NCBI GenBank assembly: GCA_040954595.2 | Contig: JBECUI020000026.1 | Location: 310,001 to 374,000 of the forward strand | Length of the DNA: 64,000 nt | Source of the DNA: Balanoglossus misakiensis | Lineage: Eukaryota > Animalia > Hemichordata | Direction of reading: 5' to 3' | In this document: piece after piece, positions 1 to 13,400 of the stretch | How positions within the stretch are numbered: the stretch's first letter is position 1 | Layout: each line of letters opens with the position of its first letter | Notes under the pieces: generated by a model | Database searches by the model: none | What the model saw: the letters and a program-made list of their open reading frames with translations, nothing else | Told to the model about the DNA's origin: nothing | Program-made: the position numbers and the translations under genes

Positions 1-976
1 TTGTCCATTCTTTTTAAGAGAAGGCTGGCTGCTGTAGAAAAATGTTGATCTCAAATTTATCATGTCCAAAAAGCCAGACTTCCAGCCCTATTGGTTAGGC
101 TGGCATTAGGTAAGTACATAATTAATGAGGCAAGACATAATACTCAATCAAATAGTTCCATCACTCCAAGTGTCAAGGTTGTATCTGCTCCGGATGCTAA
201 AATATAGGAATGTAGGTCAAAGTTTACCCAAGATCACACAAATGTTTGTCAAAAGATTTTGACCCCGAAGTTGTCCATGTCCAGGTTTCTACTTCAGCTG
301 AATAGCCTAGAATTAGATATGCACATATTTAACGAGGTTACCATTGCTCAGGGGGGTCTTAAATTAACCATCAAATTTTAGTTTCATATTAATGCATATT
401 AATATAAAACACTGTATCTCTAACCCTACAGGTAAGCCTAGAATTAGGTACATGTACATGCGTAAGTTTTTGACAAGACAGTTAAGCTGTAATATATGTA
501 CATGAACCTTGACAATTGACTTAAAATAACATAAAGGCAGAACTGATACTGATTGGAGATAGATATTACTAATGACAGTGATGTTAATTACACCAGGAAT
601 GTTTGTCTTAGTATACGGTAGCTAACCGACTGCTTGAGGTTAAGTAATGAAAGTGCCCACTTGCGATTCACCTTCAAATAGCTACTTAGTCTTTGGTACA
701 TGTACATTGTTTTTCCAATGATTAGACAAAGGATATACATACGTGTAATTAAGGTTGGGTAGCATTTTCAATGTAATAAGCCCTGCCTTCACTATAATCT
801 TACACCAAATCAACACTGTTCAGTAATGTGATAGGCTTCAAAGCGACGCTAGTTACATCATAATTCCCAGCAAGGGGTATTAGTTTATTGGGCAAGTGGC
901 ATGAGTGAGGCCAGACATTAGTTTTGGAAGCAAAGCGGACAGAACACTGCCGGGCATAGACTAGGTAGTTCTGAAT

Positions 977-2364
977 AGTCATGTTTCATAAGTCAGGTCC
1001 ATGACATATGTACCGACATCTGTGATTGGTCCATCTGGTAATCTTAGGTCCACTTGAGGCACGGTGATTGGAGGGACCTTATGTGTTAGGTCTTATTATT
1101 ATGTATTATTCACTAGACCTTGTAGGTTAGGTCTTATTACTATGTATTATTCACTTTACAGCTCCCTGATTGGTTAATGTGTAGGTCTCCAATTTTCACT
1201 GCCTCGTTATGCAAAGTCTTTTGTCCTTCTGAATACAGTTGTCGTATTCTGTCTGGCATGCTGCCTGCGCGTTGTCGAAGCTCGATCCCAGTGTATAAAG
1301 AAAGGCACTCATATAATGATTGGATTTAACCTTTCCTTCACTATTCATGGCATTTTTTTGTGATACTGTGAACTAGATACTCGAAATAAAAATTGCCAGG
1401 AGAATTTTTTTATTTTATTTCCAGTGGCGGTTTGTTGAAATGGGCTAGTGTTTTGTTACGTAATGCTTTTCAGCGCATCACTTCGTGTAACACCTGGCTG
1501 AATACGAAGTGTGTGCTATTCATTCGAGCAAACCAAAAATATCTTACAATAGAACTGTTTAGAATAGCATTGCATTTCTTTAATTGGGATACCTCATTAG
1601 TTGCTTTACAGGTATGATTACTTTTATTGTACTTCTTTCACGAAGCTGCACCGTCATAGTTCCATTTTTATGAAAACAATATACGAATGTATAAACGGAC
1701 AACGTACTCCTTTTCACAACATCTACGTCAAAACAAATTTACTTTAAAATAGTAAAACAACAATAATAATATTGATGATGAGAAGTAGGAGGGTGATTTA
1801 AGAAAATATACAACTGTTAGCAAAAATGCTTAGATGTGTTAATCAGATTTTCAAAGTCCATCTAAAAATCATTTAATCTTTCCAGGGTGCGGTTTATGTT
1901 GGAGATAGTATCAGTCAGGCTATTTCTCAGAAAATTAATGAATGATCTGCGGACATCCCGAATAATGTGTTACCACAACGCTAGCCAGGAAGCACATGGG
2001 ACATTTCACAATGAGGCAGTGAACACTGTGAGACCAGACTGACACGTTAACCAATCAGGGAGCTGTATGGTGAATAAATACATATTAATATGACCTAACC
2101 TACAAGGTCCTGTATTATGAGGCAGTGAACACATGGGGGACCAGACTGACACGTTAACCAATCAGGGAGCTGTAAAGCGAAAAATGCATAGTAATAAGAC
2201 CTAACCTACAAGGTCTAGTGAATAATACATAATAATAAGACCTAACCTACAAGGTCCCTCCAATCAGCGTGCCGCAAGTGGACCTAAGAGAAGCGGATAA
2301 ACCAATCAAAACATGCAATACATGTGTATAGGACGTGTAATGTAGGTCATTTTGAAACAGGACT
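977..2364. mobile_element. Non-autonomous TIR element, 1388 bp, 3-bp TSD AAT (second copy 48549-49936)
   Basis: Termini AGTCATGTTTCA / TGAAACAGGACT with about 230 bp of inverted repeat and a tandem duplication inside the right TIR. AAT at 974-976 and 2365-2367. The empty site is present in the inverted arm near 14862-14872. Confidence 0.85.
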
Positions 2365-3375
2365 AATGTGACCATGGACGTTACCACATTAGACTCTGTA
2401 TTGTAAGTTTCTGAAGAATCGCAAAAAATCATCAACAGTCTACATGTACTTCAACCTTGTGAGAAGTACTGTATAACACACAGGATATACTAGTCACTGT
2501 TGGTCAGGTTATTACACACTGTGGTCCCATCTGGGGATTACACAAAATTAGGTATGTCTGTGTTCATGGGAAAAATCATGTGACATTGGCAAGCAGATAT
2601 GACCTTCTGTAAGAACATTTCAAAGGAACCAGACAAGTATTTTAGGGAAAACAACATTCAACAATGACAAAAACTGCCTCAAACCACATCTATCCAACTA
2701 TCAACAAATTGTATAATATCTACTTCAATCACCACGCCTACCAAAGTTGAAAGCAATCTGACTAGTAGTTTCAAAGAATACAAATTGCAAAAATTGCCCC
2801 AAGACCACAATATGTAAATTTCACCAAAATGATATACAACATTACTTGGGTTACCTCTTGGAACAAGCATACCAAAATTTAAAAGCAATCTAAGGAGTTT
2901 CTCAGAAAATGAATTTTGACCAAAAATGACAGATTACAAATTCTGCGACAATTTAAACAAAACCAACTATGATCACCTACCGGAAGTGTCATACTAAATT
3001 CTAAAGAAATCAGCCAATCTCTTTAAGAGGAAAAGATTTTTTTTCAAATGGTAAAACAAGACAAAATAATTGCATAAAAAATAGACAATTCACGATATAA
3101 ACTCAAAGTATATCAGGTATGATGACATTACCTACATGCATACAAATGTTCAAAGCAGTCTAACCAGTTGTTGAGTTTTGATCAATTCCACATATTTCAC
3201 AGGTTATTTGCGTATTTTTGCAATGACAACTTCATTTAAGCAAAATCCCATCTTCACACCAAAATAAAAAAAGCGTGGTTTCATGTTTTGGATCAGGGCA
3301 GACATACATCCATATATACATGTAACATGCAGACACACATGTACACACACACACAAACACATGCATACATGGCTG

Positions 3376-3427
3376 CATACATACATACATACATACATAC
3401 ATACATACATACATACATACATACATA
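3376..3427. repeat. (TACA)n microsatellite in a HINE-like segment (also about 50948-50995)
   Basis: Direct read; explains the YVCM-type ORFs. Confidence 0.95.
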
Positions 3428-3475
3428 GGGAAACGGTCTGGTAATCAATGTTGTGACACTAGCATTAGGCCTTAA

Positions 3476-3930
3476 ACCCCGGTGCGGAAAGTACTGGGGT
3501 TCGGATTAACGTGTGTTTGTACAGTTGTTTATTTGGGAGTGGTCGTCGTGCATAATAACTGTGTAATTGATCTCATGTACATAGAAAATAATTGAACACT
3601 TTACACCTCTATGCGATTGACAGCTGTTTGAATGGCGTGGTTATTGTTTCCCAGGGATGCTTCTGAAAAGCACTGAAACCAGATTTCTCCCAAAATCATC
3701 GTTGTTTCAAAAGCTCGTGTACTTTTTCATCGATAACTTTATGTTGTGTGTGTTTATAAAGCCAACCACTGTCGTTGTGTGGTGTAATTCTTTATGCTTG
3801 GATCTGTTTGGGCCGATTTTCATAGAGCCAAGATCGTTAGAGCCAAGATCGTTGGTGTTGTCTGTTGTCAGTCAAACGGCATTAAGATTCGCCACTGATT
3901 TGGGGGGTCTTTTATACCACGCATCGGGGT
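3476..3930. mobile_element. MITE, 455 bp, TTAA target-site duplication (second copy 51044-51498)
   Basis: TTAA-ACCCCGGTGCG...CGCATCGGGGT-TTAA. A single TTAA occupies the empty site in the inverted arm near 13755. Confidence 0.88.
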
Positions 3931-6629
3931 TTAATGTTTACGATATCAGGACAATTTATATCATATGAAGTTTTATGTATTCATAATTATTCAGAGAAGC
4001 AAATTTTTAAAAATGTGAAATTGTTATCAATCGGATGTGCACTGACAGCATGCTTATATGGAATACAGGTACTCTAACACAATCAGTCATAACACTTTTG
4101 AATCATCAATAAATAACATATAGAATAATTTTACAGGATTTAATTATTTATATTTGAACGCAAAGCGTAAATTCCCTTGTGCCATGGAATTCACAATCTG
4201 CAACTGGTGGGGTCCTTCTGCCAGTAAGAAGCATCAGATAAATTCTGCATGCTCATCACCGAGGCAATTTAGGTGTACTTTTGTACTTTGAGAACTGTCG
4301 GTTTTCGCAACTGAAACTCTGCTCACAGGACGGAGGAAAAACTAGAATGACAACAGCTATGTAAGCTAACAAAAGAAACACAGAGCATAGTTCTCCATAC
4401 TCATATTTTAATGCAATAATTTTTGCTGAAATTGGGGCGTCCGTGGGCAGGCAAAGGCAGTTCTAACTCAACTTGCAAATCAGGCCCATGTCTCTTGTTC
4501 CCTGAGACTGTCTGGTTCTAATAATAGCTGTAAGAACATAATCGTTGACCAAAGGGTTGGTTCAATTTTGCAACATTTTATGATTTCAAGCTGTGCAATA
4601 TTTGCAACTCTGTTTCAACTTTGGTTGGAGGGATGATGATGAAGCCATTTCACTGACAAAATAGCACTACTAACTGACATCCATATTTGTTTACAGTCAA
4701 ATGCATTGCCATCAGAAAAATGCATACGAAAAAATTCTTATGTGAATAATACACACTTTCTTGCACAACTGCAAACTCTGTCACATTTGTGAAATTTTAA
4801 GGAAATTCATTCATTGGGTAGCTTTATGAATTCTTAAACAAACTTAGTCATGAAACCTAAATGGTTACCTTACACATCTGGCGGCTCGACTTCTGTGATA
4901 TGATAGTCTTCAATTAATGTGTATGTGATTCCATACAAATCCATATGATTACCTGAACGTACAAAATAAATAAAAAATAAAAAATAAATTAAAAATAAAT
5001 AAGTATCTCATACATATGCATAAGTGCTTGTGATAAATATATCCTGTATTTAAATAAACCTGTCATTTATTGACCTCGTTTTCCTATTAACCCAAAGGAC
5101 TAGATTGCACTGTAATATTATTACAGCTTCATTTCAATGCAACAGGTACACTACATCATATTGGAGCAAATATGCCAGCTCAACATTGATATAAAGAGTG
5201 TCAAAATATTGGTGGCTACAAAAGCTTGTGTCCCTTCAATCCATCCTCGCACTCAGGTGAAAACGAACGTCATTAGTTTTTGGGAAAAAACCTCTGAAAT
5301 CAATTTCGGTGAGGCCAAATGTGTTCCAAAGGCAAACCGTTTCTGGTAAACAAATCAATGGCAAATAATTACTTCGGCGACATACCAATCAGTCAACATG
5401 GCTGCCTAATCGTTGGATAGCCCGGTTTCATCTCGCGATCATTCTGTCTTCCGATATGGCGTTGCATGGTTAAATTCGTCTCTTCTTTGCCGACATAGTC
5501 AGGCGACAGCGGTCCAGAAGCATAGGCAGCGACGCCATCTTGTTTACAATGTGAAGTATCGACTGCGCATGCTCAATAATTTTCCGCGTTTTTTTTTTTT
5601 GCCAACGGCGCGCGCGCGGTGTCTGGTATAGAGAAAATAACAAGCAAGTGCGCGATTATTCATTTGTAAAAAATCAGTTATACATTTGTCATCAACGTTT
5701 GAAAACTTTCAATGATCTTACCTCGGTAAGCATTTCAAATAGGTACATTTTTATTTAGAACCATCGTATGTGGAAAATAATAAAACACAGAGTGGGGATT
5801 GGCCCTATGTTTGACTTGATCATACCCAGCTCGGTTTGCGTTTTGTCATTGACGAGGGTGTCAGACTTTTGCTGAGAGAGTGAGTTTCTATAGCGTAAAC
5901 GTTTATCGACTGGACTTTCTGTGCGCCAACAATTACATTATTTGTGGCCGGGGAACACGTGCAACTTTTGATGACTGTTTTTCTAGCGCCGTGTTTTTAT
6001 CTTACGACCTAGAATACCTGCTTTCGTCACCATGGTCTGCTCTGCACGTACTATGCTTTCCAGTTTATGTAGCTTGAAGTTGTACCACATTTTGGTTTCC
6101 GAGCTGTAGCGAACATAAAACCGAAACTAATAGCTACGTGTTGACCGCAGCGACTGCGTGTTTTTTTGTTGTATTCCCAACCTACAGTTTATTCTCATGC
6201 AGCTCAGACTGAGGTCGCTTCTAAGAGAAAAAACAACAACATATTTTGGCTGCTGCCAGACCAGGAATGGAAAATCTTGAGTGGCGCTGGGCTGCATTTC
6301 TCTGTAGGACTGTAGTTGTATTGTGCAAGGGTTCGCCAGCATCGCCTTCAGACTTGTTGTCATAGTCACTGGTGGCGGTTTGTCCTGCACTACTCGTCGT
6401 TCTATTTGATGCGGTGGTATTATTCCCAGATGTCTGTGCCGAGGATCCTGCCCGTTTTCCGATTCTCTTCGTTTTGTCGGCCATTTGCTTCACTTTTTCT
6501 GTCATTGTTGCGACGTCAGTCTCTGTTGTTGTTCGAAGGAGGCGAAAGTCCATTCACCATTAATAGCCGAATTTCCAAGATCGTCCGTTAATTACAATGC
6601 GACGTCACGCTACCATGTCCTAAGAAAGA

Positions 6630-6810
6630 CTACAGGGCACATTTTTTTATCTCGTGCGCACGACTTACGTGTGCATGTGATATTTTCTCGTGAACACGAG
6701 TGCGCTCGCAATTTTCTCGTGCGCACGAGATATGCACGAGATAGCATGTTTCTCGTGCACACGAGAAAACATCTCGCTGGAACAAGATACTATCTCTTGC
6801 ACAAGAAATA
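6630..6810. repeat. Cluster of palindromic TCGTGCGCACGA-type short repeats (copy at 54197-54377)
   Basis: About 7 variants of ctcgtg(c/a)(g/a)cacgag spaced roughly 20-25 bp apart. Confidence 0.75.
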
Positions 6811-9315
6811 GAATAACTGGCAGCCACTATGATGTCTGCCACAGGCAAATTTAAATATTCCACTCTGGATCTTCTTTCAGCCCTTCGGAAAACATGAGCA
6901 TTTATGAAATCCGGCTCTCAATTTTTCGAGAAGTTCCAGCAGTTGTGGTGTCGCCAAAAACGAATGTATGCCATTCCTGGCGGAAAAAAATATGCAAGAG
7001 ACGCTTGCAATACACTGCCATCTACCTGACCGCCCTACATGCCTTAATGTAAGGTAGAAGGTCGGGCGGTAGGAAGAGTTCACCAAAAGAGGGCGCATTT
7101 TATCATCCATTGATTTATACTGTGTACGAGCAGAGAAGCCTCAGTGTTCGCGGTTAGAACCGTATCGGTAAGACAAAGACAGAAGAGTTGACAGACAACA
7201 AACTTATTCAGTTTATATCATATAATTCTTACTGTAAAACGTTCCCTGAATAAAGCCTTGTGCTCATAAGAACATTGAAGATTGTCGCATACAGACCGAC
7301 ACCCTTTTATCTATTGTAGGTATTGAATAGAACGCTAAATACCTGTGTATTTCTTATTCATTAAGCAATGATGTAACACAACAAGTTTCGGACAGTGTGA
7401 AGAAAGGGCCAAAGCACTCTTGCAAGTTAGTGTTGTGTACTCTTTTCCAACACTGCTGCAAGCTGTTCAGCACCTGATGCTGCTTGTATCTCCGATGACA
7501 AATGGACAGTCTGTGTGCTGTCAAAGTAAATCCATCAATTTTGCGGAGCTGAAAGGAAAATGACAGCTTGTCAAACTCAAATCTGCCAGACGAAATAGGG
7601 AAAGAAATGCATAACAGGTAATCCACCATAGTATGAATTTTAGCCAGCATCCTATGAAATGCGGTGAAACGGAACTGCAATTAATTTTAAATGAATTCTG
7701 CTCAAATTGTTTTGTTAGTTCTCAACATTGGATTGGAACCGTTAAATATATTGTACCGTATAACATTATCATACAGGTTAGTATGTCAAATATTTTTCCA
7801 TTTGGCATTTTCTTCTTGAGGTCATTTCAACAGTATGCACACCACAGTTTGTGAGATATGGACAGAAACAAACAGGAATCTATGCAATGTTATAATAGTA
7901 TATTATTGTTAACAAGAAAGCGGCAACTCTCTGCCTGGCAGAGAATAATGATAGTCTTTTTGAAAAAAAGGGCGTGCTGAGGATATGGTCAGTCAAAAAC
8001 ATACATGTATAAGGTATGCCTGAACTAATTTTTAACATGGTGTACATAAATATTTATGCATTGTCACAATGACTGGAGGTCTTTAAATGACCAAGCTGTA
8101 TGGACACCTCATTCAATGTTACATATATTTGTTATTACATGTTTATTGAAATTGCCAGTTGTCTGTTTTAATTCTGGCAGTTCTGCTGTGTCTTTTGTCT
8201 TGCCCTGACAGAATGCAGTAATATTTGCAGTACAAGAGGAGTGTCAGTAAATAGTGGAGCAATATCTTTCTACGAATGTACTCATGCATTGCTCCAAAGT
8301 GAAGTACATTCGCAAAACCAGTTTGGGAAATCGGGACTCTTTTCAAGATAATACCACATTTTTGTGGATGTCACATGACATGGAAACACTCTAGAATCAC
8401 GATTGAGATAAGGTTTCGGTTTGATATACCACTTCCTTGTTATTTCAATCTGTATGTTTTCTTAACCCCCTCCCTCGAAAAAAGGTAATTGAGGTAATTG
8501 TAAAATTACCTGAAAACAAACAGGCTACTCTAGCCTCCATTTTATGAGGTTTGTGATGTAACATATTTTGAATTTCGTGAATCGATCAAAAGTTTCCGTG
8601 CACTAACTATCAAAACTATACCAAAAAATAATTTGGGCAATTCATAAGGAGAATCTAGTGGGTCAGCGGCTATAGAACTGACGTAAGTGTAAGTATCAGA
8701 GGATTGTGGGTACGAGGCTGGGAAGAGCAAAACTCGAACACTCATGAAATCTACACGTGACGCCAAATTCTTTGTAATATGAACAGTGGAAAACTGCCAT
8801 GCCATCCCTCTAAGTGCAAACTTCCAAAGATTTCAATCTGGTAATATTTAAAAAAAAATATTTTATTCAAATTCATGTGGTGATATTTAAAAAAAAATAT
8901 TTTATTCAAATTCATGTTATAAATTAAACTTGCATCTATGATATAGAAATGACTCTGTCTTATATAACAAAAATACAAATAACTTGGTTAGATGACCAAA
9001 GATTTCCCATCTCGAAAAGTTTCTACCAAAATGACTAACTCCAAATCTGCTAAGAGAGCCCTAGCAAATTTAATCACTGCACATTACTCTCGATAAAACG
9101 AAATATTGCGCATTCATTTTGTCCTTGAATTGAAATGCATGGCCAGTGTTCATAGACTTCACACACACAGGATGTTTAAGGAGTTGAATTGTTATTGACA
9201 GCGACCAGGTCGGTAGATTCTATAGGATGAAGAAAAAATGAAAAGACAGTCAGTACATAGCTAAATTCTCCTATACAAGGGCGTCTTCAATTGGTACAGT
9301 GACTGACTGAATGGA

Positions 9316-9403
9316 TGAATGAATGAATGAATGAATGAATGAATGAATGAATGAATGAATGAATGAATGAATGCATGAATGAATGAATGAATGAATGAAT
9401 GAT
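9316..9403. repeat. (GAAT)n microsatellite
   Basis: Direct read. Confidence 0.97.
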
Positions 9404-10290
9404 GAACGGATGAGTCGTAATAATATGCTTCAATCATAGGGGCTTTGAAAATTATTAAAATAAAATAAAAAATAATGTACTCACAACCGACATTTATACA
9501 ACAGACAGCTCAAGAAACTCCTCCATGTGTACAATACTTTGCCAATTTAGTGACAACATCAGCTTGCAGAGCACGTGAGCACCGCTTTCGCCAGCCTGTG
9601 GTGCCCGCATATCTTTTTTGTTCAGCAGTAACATGCACGACACATGCAGAGACACAAACGTCCATGTTGCAAATTGTAGATGAAAGCATCAGCTGCGCTG
9701 GTTTTATGGTCAGCATCACTGGCTGTTACATGAAAACTGTTTGTCACATACCTTAACCAACATATACGTGTATCTGTATGGAAAGAAAGTAGGCTCACCC
9801 CGGTACAGTATTATTTTTTTTGCATGCACGCAATGGCCTGAATTTGCTAAACTGGGATCATCTGCGCGCATTTCAAAACGTGCTCGTTGCTTAACTTCGC
9901 GTGCTTTACTACTCACAATTATTCCACTTGTGAACGAACACGTCACCCAATTTTACAGTGTAGCCATGTGGAAAACTGGTGACAAGGTAATATTTCATTC
10001 GAAGATCAACCTACGTTCAGAAAGTTTGCATTGTGGTGAATTCTCACTGCTCTCGCAATGCGGTCTGTGGCGCACTGCCGCAGACCGCATTACACGTAGA
10101 AATAAATTCTGTACGTCACAGTTCGTAGGTCGCATAGGTCATGGAGTTAATCCATTATACATTGCGGCTTACAATTTCTCGTGACCCTCTTATCATGCAG
10201 CTTGTGTGTTACTGACCACTGACGCATGTCAAAACACTCAATATTTTTTTTAATTTGCAAAATCTTTCATTTTAAAGTTGTGATACTCAC

Positions 10291-10438
10291 TGCAGATAGC
10301 ATTCTTTTCAGTAGGAACTATTTCTGCTGCCATTTCAATATTGTCTGTATTCCATGTAAATATATTTCCTCCAATTGAACAGTCCCCCGCCACAGCTGCA
10401 ACCTCTTCTGCAGTCAGAACTTTTGACCACATGTATGT
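10291..10438 (-). pseudogene. Orphan, 5'-truncated pentraxin-domain C-terminal exon
   Basis: Translates YMWSKVLTAEEVAAVAGDCSIGGNIFTWNTDNIE, matching the pentraxin C-terminal pattern W-x-x-V-L-x-x-x-E-I/V...C...G-N-x-x-x-W. Ends at a GTGAGT donor; the rest of the domain is not upstream. Confidence 0.72.
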
Positions 10439-13400
10439 CATTTAGTCAAGACAATTTGGGAGAACTGTAGTTTAAAGCCTCCAAAGCTGCCACTTTTTGC
10501 ATTATTTTCATGATTTTATTTTCCAACTTAAATTGGTTCATCAAAATAAGCTTACTGATAGGTATACATAAACATCTTATCGATGCCCGATTGTGACTGC
10601 ATGTTGCAATTGGAACATGCTATGTATTAAAACGGTGCCTCACCGATTTAATCAGCCTTCATACAAACAATAGCAGCTAAGCAGCTATCGTGAAATGCGA
10701 CGCCAAGTGATGACAAACCAATGCAAATGCAAGTAATATGGCTTAATGGTCACGGGTGAAGATTTTAGGGAATAGGGAATATACATATGAAGTATTTTAC
10801 TCTGGAAAAAAATATGCCAATTTTAGCAGCTATAGGGTTTTTAAAGCGCGGGCGAAGTATGAACAGATGCAGTAAATATCGATACATTGTATTTTGGAGG
10901 TTTCTCATAACCATGATTGGTTGGCTAATTATGCGGCGTTTTCTAAATAAAAGGAACAATATTAATTTATTGTTGGGGCTCACCTCCGTTAACATCTTGC
11001 CGTCTCTGCTGAGTTTTGGCCTCTTCCAGCGGCACGTGTTTGTCCTTTAGGGCATGCTGTAAAATATTTAGAATAGCGCTGCCATTTGATCAAAGGATAA
11101 GCTGGCTTCGCGTGTTAGGGATGTGTGTCTGACGACTATGCCTCGAAGCAAAAGACACAGCCGACCCTGCCACGCAGATTCATTTGTTGTGTCACACATT
11201 TTGGATCCAAGAAGAGAATATCAACCTTGACGTTGCGAAAATGACAAGAAACTTTCACTCATATAGGTTGTGTGATTACTTACCCGCAACTTGTTGGGAA
11301 TTGCTGTCACCAGAGGTGCCCACAGCGTGAAAGCCAGAATGACTGCGACGCCTGCATTGGAGTTCGTCATGAATGGAAACATCGATGAACACGTTCGGTC
11401 TTCGATGAGGCTAGTGTCCACAGAATAGGCATTCTTTTATAACGCAGCTGGGAGGTGGTAAATCCATTGTGATCACCATGCTATTAGTAGCCCAAGCAGT
11501 CAAACTTTGCGAAAAATATATAAATATGGAAAAATATATCAATGGGATCAATAGTTATTAAGCACTTTTTAAAAACAAATGACACCGTAAGATCAATTAT
11601 CTTGTTTTCCGCGACAAGTTTCAACATGGTATGTCAGCGCTACCAGTGAATAATATTATTAGAAACTATGACAGCTGTAACCGTGCGATTAATGATTTGA
11701 TCAATTTTAATCATATACTTGTAAATATTTGCGCGGGTGCTGGTTTAATAAACTGTGTTGATATATAGGTGGAAGACTGTTTAGTTTTCCAGTCAATTAT
11801 GTGATGTATTACGCCTGACGCTTAAATGATTTGGTCCAGGGAGAATAACCGCGTTTGGCCGGTCAAGCGAACCCTGGATCTTGCAGGCTCTGCCCACTTT
11901 CCAATCAACAACCATTGAGCATGCGCAGTTGATACTTCACATTGTAAACAAGATGGCGTCGCTGTATATGCTTCTGGACCGCTGTCGCCCGACTATGTCG
12001 GCAAAGAAGAGACGAATTTAACCAAGCAACGCCATATCGGAAGATAGAATGATCGCGAGATGAAACCGGGATATCCAACGATTTGGCAGCCATGTTGATT
12101 GATTGGTAAGTCGCCGAAGTAACTATTTGCCATTGATTTGTTTACCAGAAACGGTTTGCCTTTGGAACACATTTGACCTCACCGAAATTGATTTCAGAGT
12201 TTTTTCCCAAGAACTAATGACGTTCGTTTTCACCTGTCTGTCCCGAAGTTGCAAACGTGTTGTCTCTGAGAAAATAAATGTGATTTGTACCCGCGATAAT
12301 CATAGTTCGGATTTCAACCCACAACATCAACGCCAGCCATTCACCAACATGTGCCAGATAATGTTTATCAGTCATATTTTCTCAGTCTGAATTTACAAAA
12401 GACTAATTGTATATTATGCACATTGCAATTTTAATATGTAACACGTTTGACCTGAGTGGGAGAATGGATTGAAGGGACACAAGCTTTTGTAGCCACTTAT
12501 ATTTTGACACTGTTTATATAAATGTTGAGCTGGCATATTTGTTCCCTTATGATGTAGTGTACCTGTTGCATTGAAATGAAGCTGTAATATTAAAGTGCAA
12601 TTTAGTCCTTTGGTTTACTGGGAAAATGAGGTCAATAAATGACAGGTTTATTTAGATATATGATATATTTCTCACAAGCACGTATGCATATGTATGAGAT
12701 ACTTATTTATTTTTAATTTATGTATTTATTTTTAATTTATTTTGTATGTTCAGGTAATCATATGGATTTGTATGGAATCACATACACATTAATTAAAGAC
12801 TATCATATCACAGAAGTCGAGCCTCCACATGTGTAAGGTAACCATTTAGGTTTCATGACTAAGTTTGTTTAAGAATTCATAAAGCACGAATTCTACCTAA
12901 TGAATGAATTTTCTTAGAATTTCACAACTGTGACAGGGTTTGCAGTTATGCGAAAAAGTGTTATTATTCACATACGAAACTTTTCGTATACATTTTTCTG
13001 ATGGCAATGCATTTAACTTTGAACAAATATTGACGTCAGTTAGTAGTGCTATTTTGTCAGTGAAATTGCTTCATCATCATCCCTCCAACCAAAGTTGAAA
13101 CTGAGTTGCAAATATTGCACAGCTTGAAATCATAAAATGTCGCAAAATTGAACCAACCATTCGGTCAACGATTATGTTCTTACAGCTATTATTAGAAGCA
13201 GACAGTCTCAGGGAACAAGATACATGGGCCTGATTTGCAAACTGAGTTGGAACTAACCTTGCCTGCCCATGGATGCGCCAATTCAGTGAATCTTATCGTA
13301 TTAAAAATGAATATGGAGAACTATTCTCTGTGTTGTGATTGTTAGCCTACATGTATACATATGTACCTTGAGTGATTCCACTTTCTTCAGTGTCCTGTGA

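Larger units (their letters stand above)
1..5577 (+). repeat. Left arm (cut by window start) of a giant degenerate inverted repeat; partner 11914-15826
   Basis: Position 1 ttgtccattctttttaagag is the reverse complement of the sequence ending at 15826. gactgcgcatgctcaat (to 5577) pairs with attgagcatgcgcagtt at 11914. Colinear inverted homology runs between these points, with indels. Confidence 0.95.
1..7048 (+). repeat. Copy 1 of a >=7 kb near-identical direct duplication (partner 47573-54615)
   Basis: Sequence and ORF track repeat at offset 47572. By eye I see only two substitutions (near 2029 and 4368), one TACA unit and one T of a homopolymer. Identity ends after ...ctacatgccttaat. The left end lies outside the window. 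Confidence 0.97.

Noticed and set aside
3204-3426. YVCM-repeat ORFs (also at 13833, 17390 and 50776)
   Set aside because: They are translations of TACA/TG microsatellites in HINE-like repeats.
7354-8978. Minus-strand ORFs in the spacer, one preceded by a plausible splice acceptor
   Set aside because: No recognisable domain and no phase-consistent exon chain could be built.
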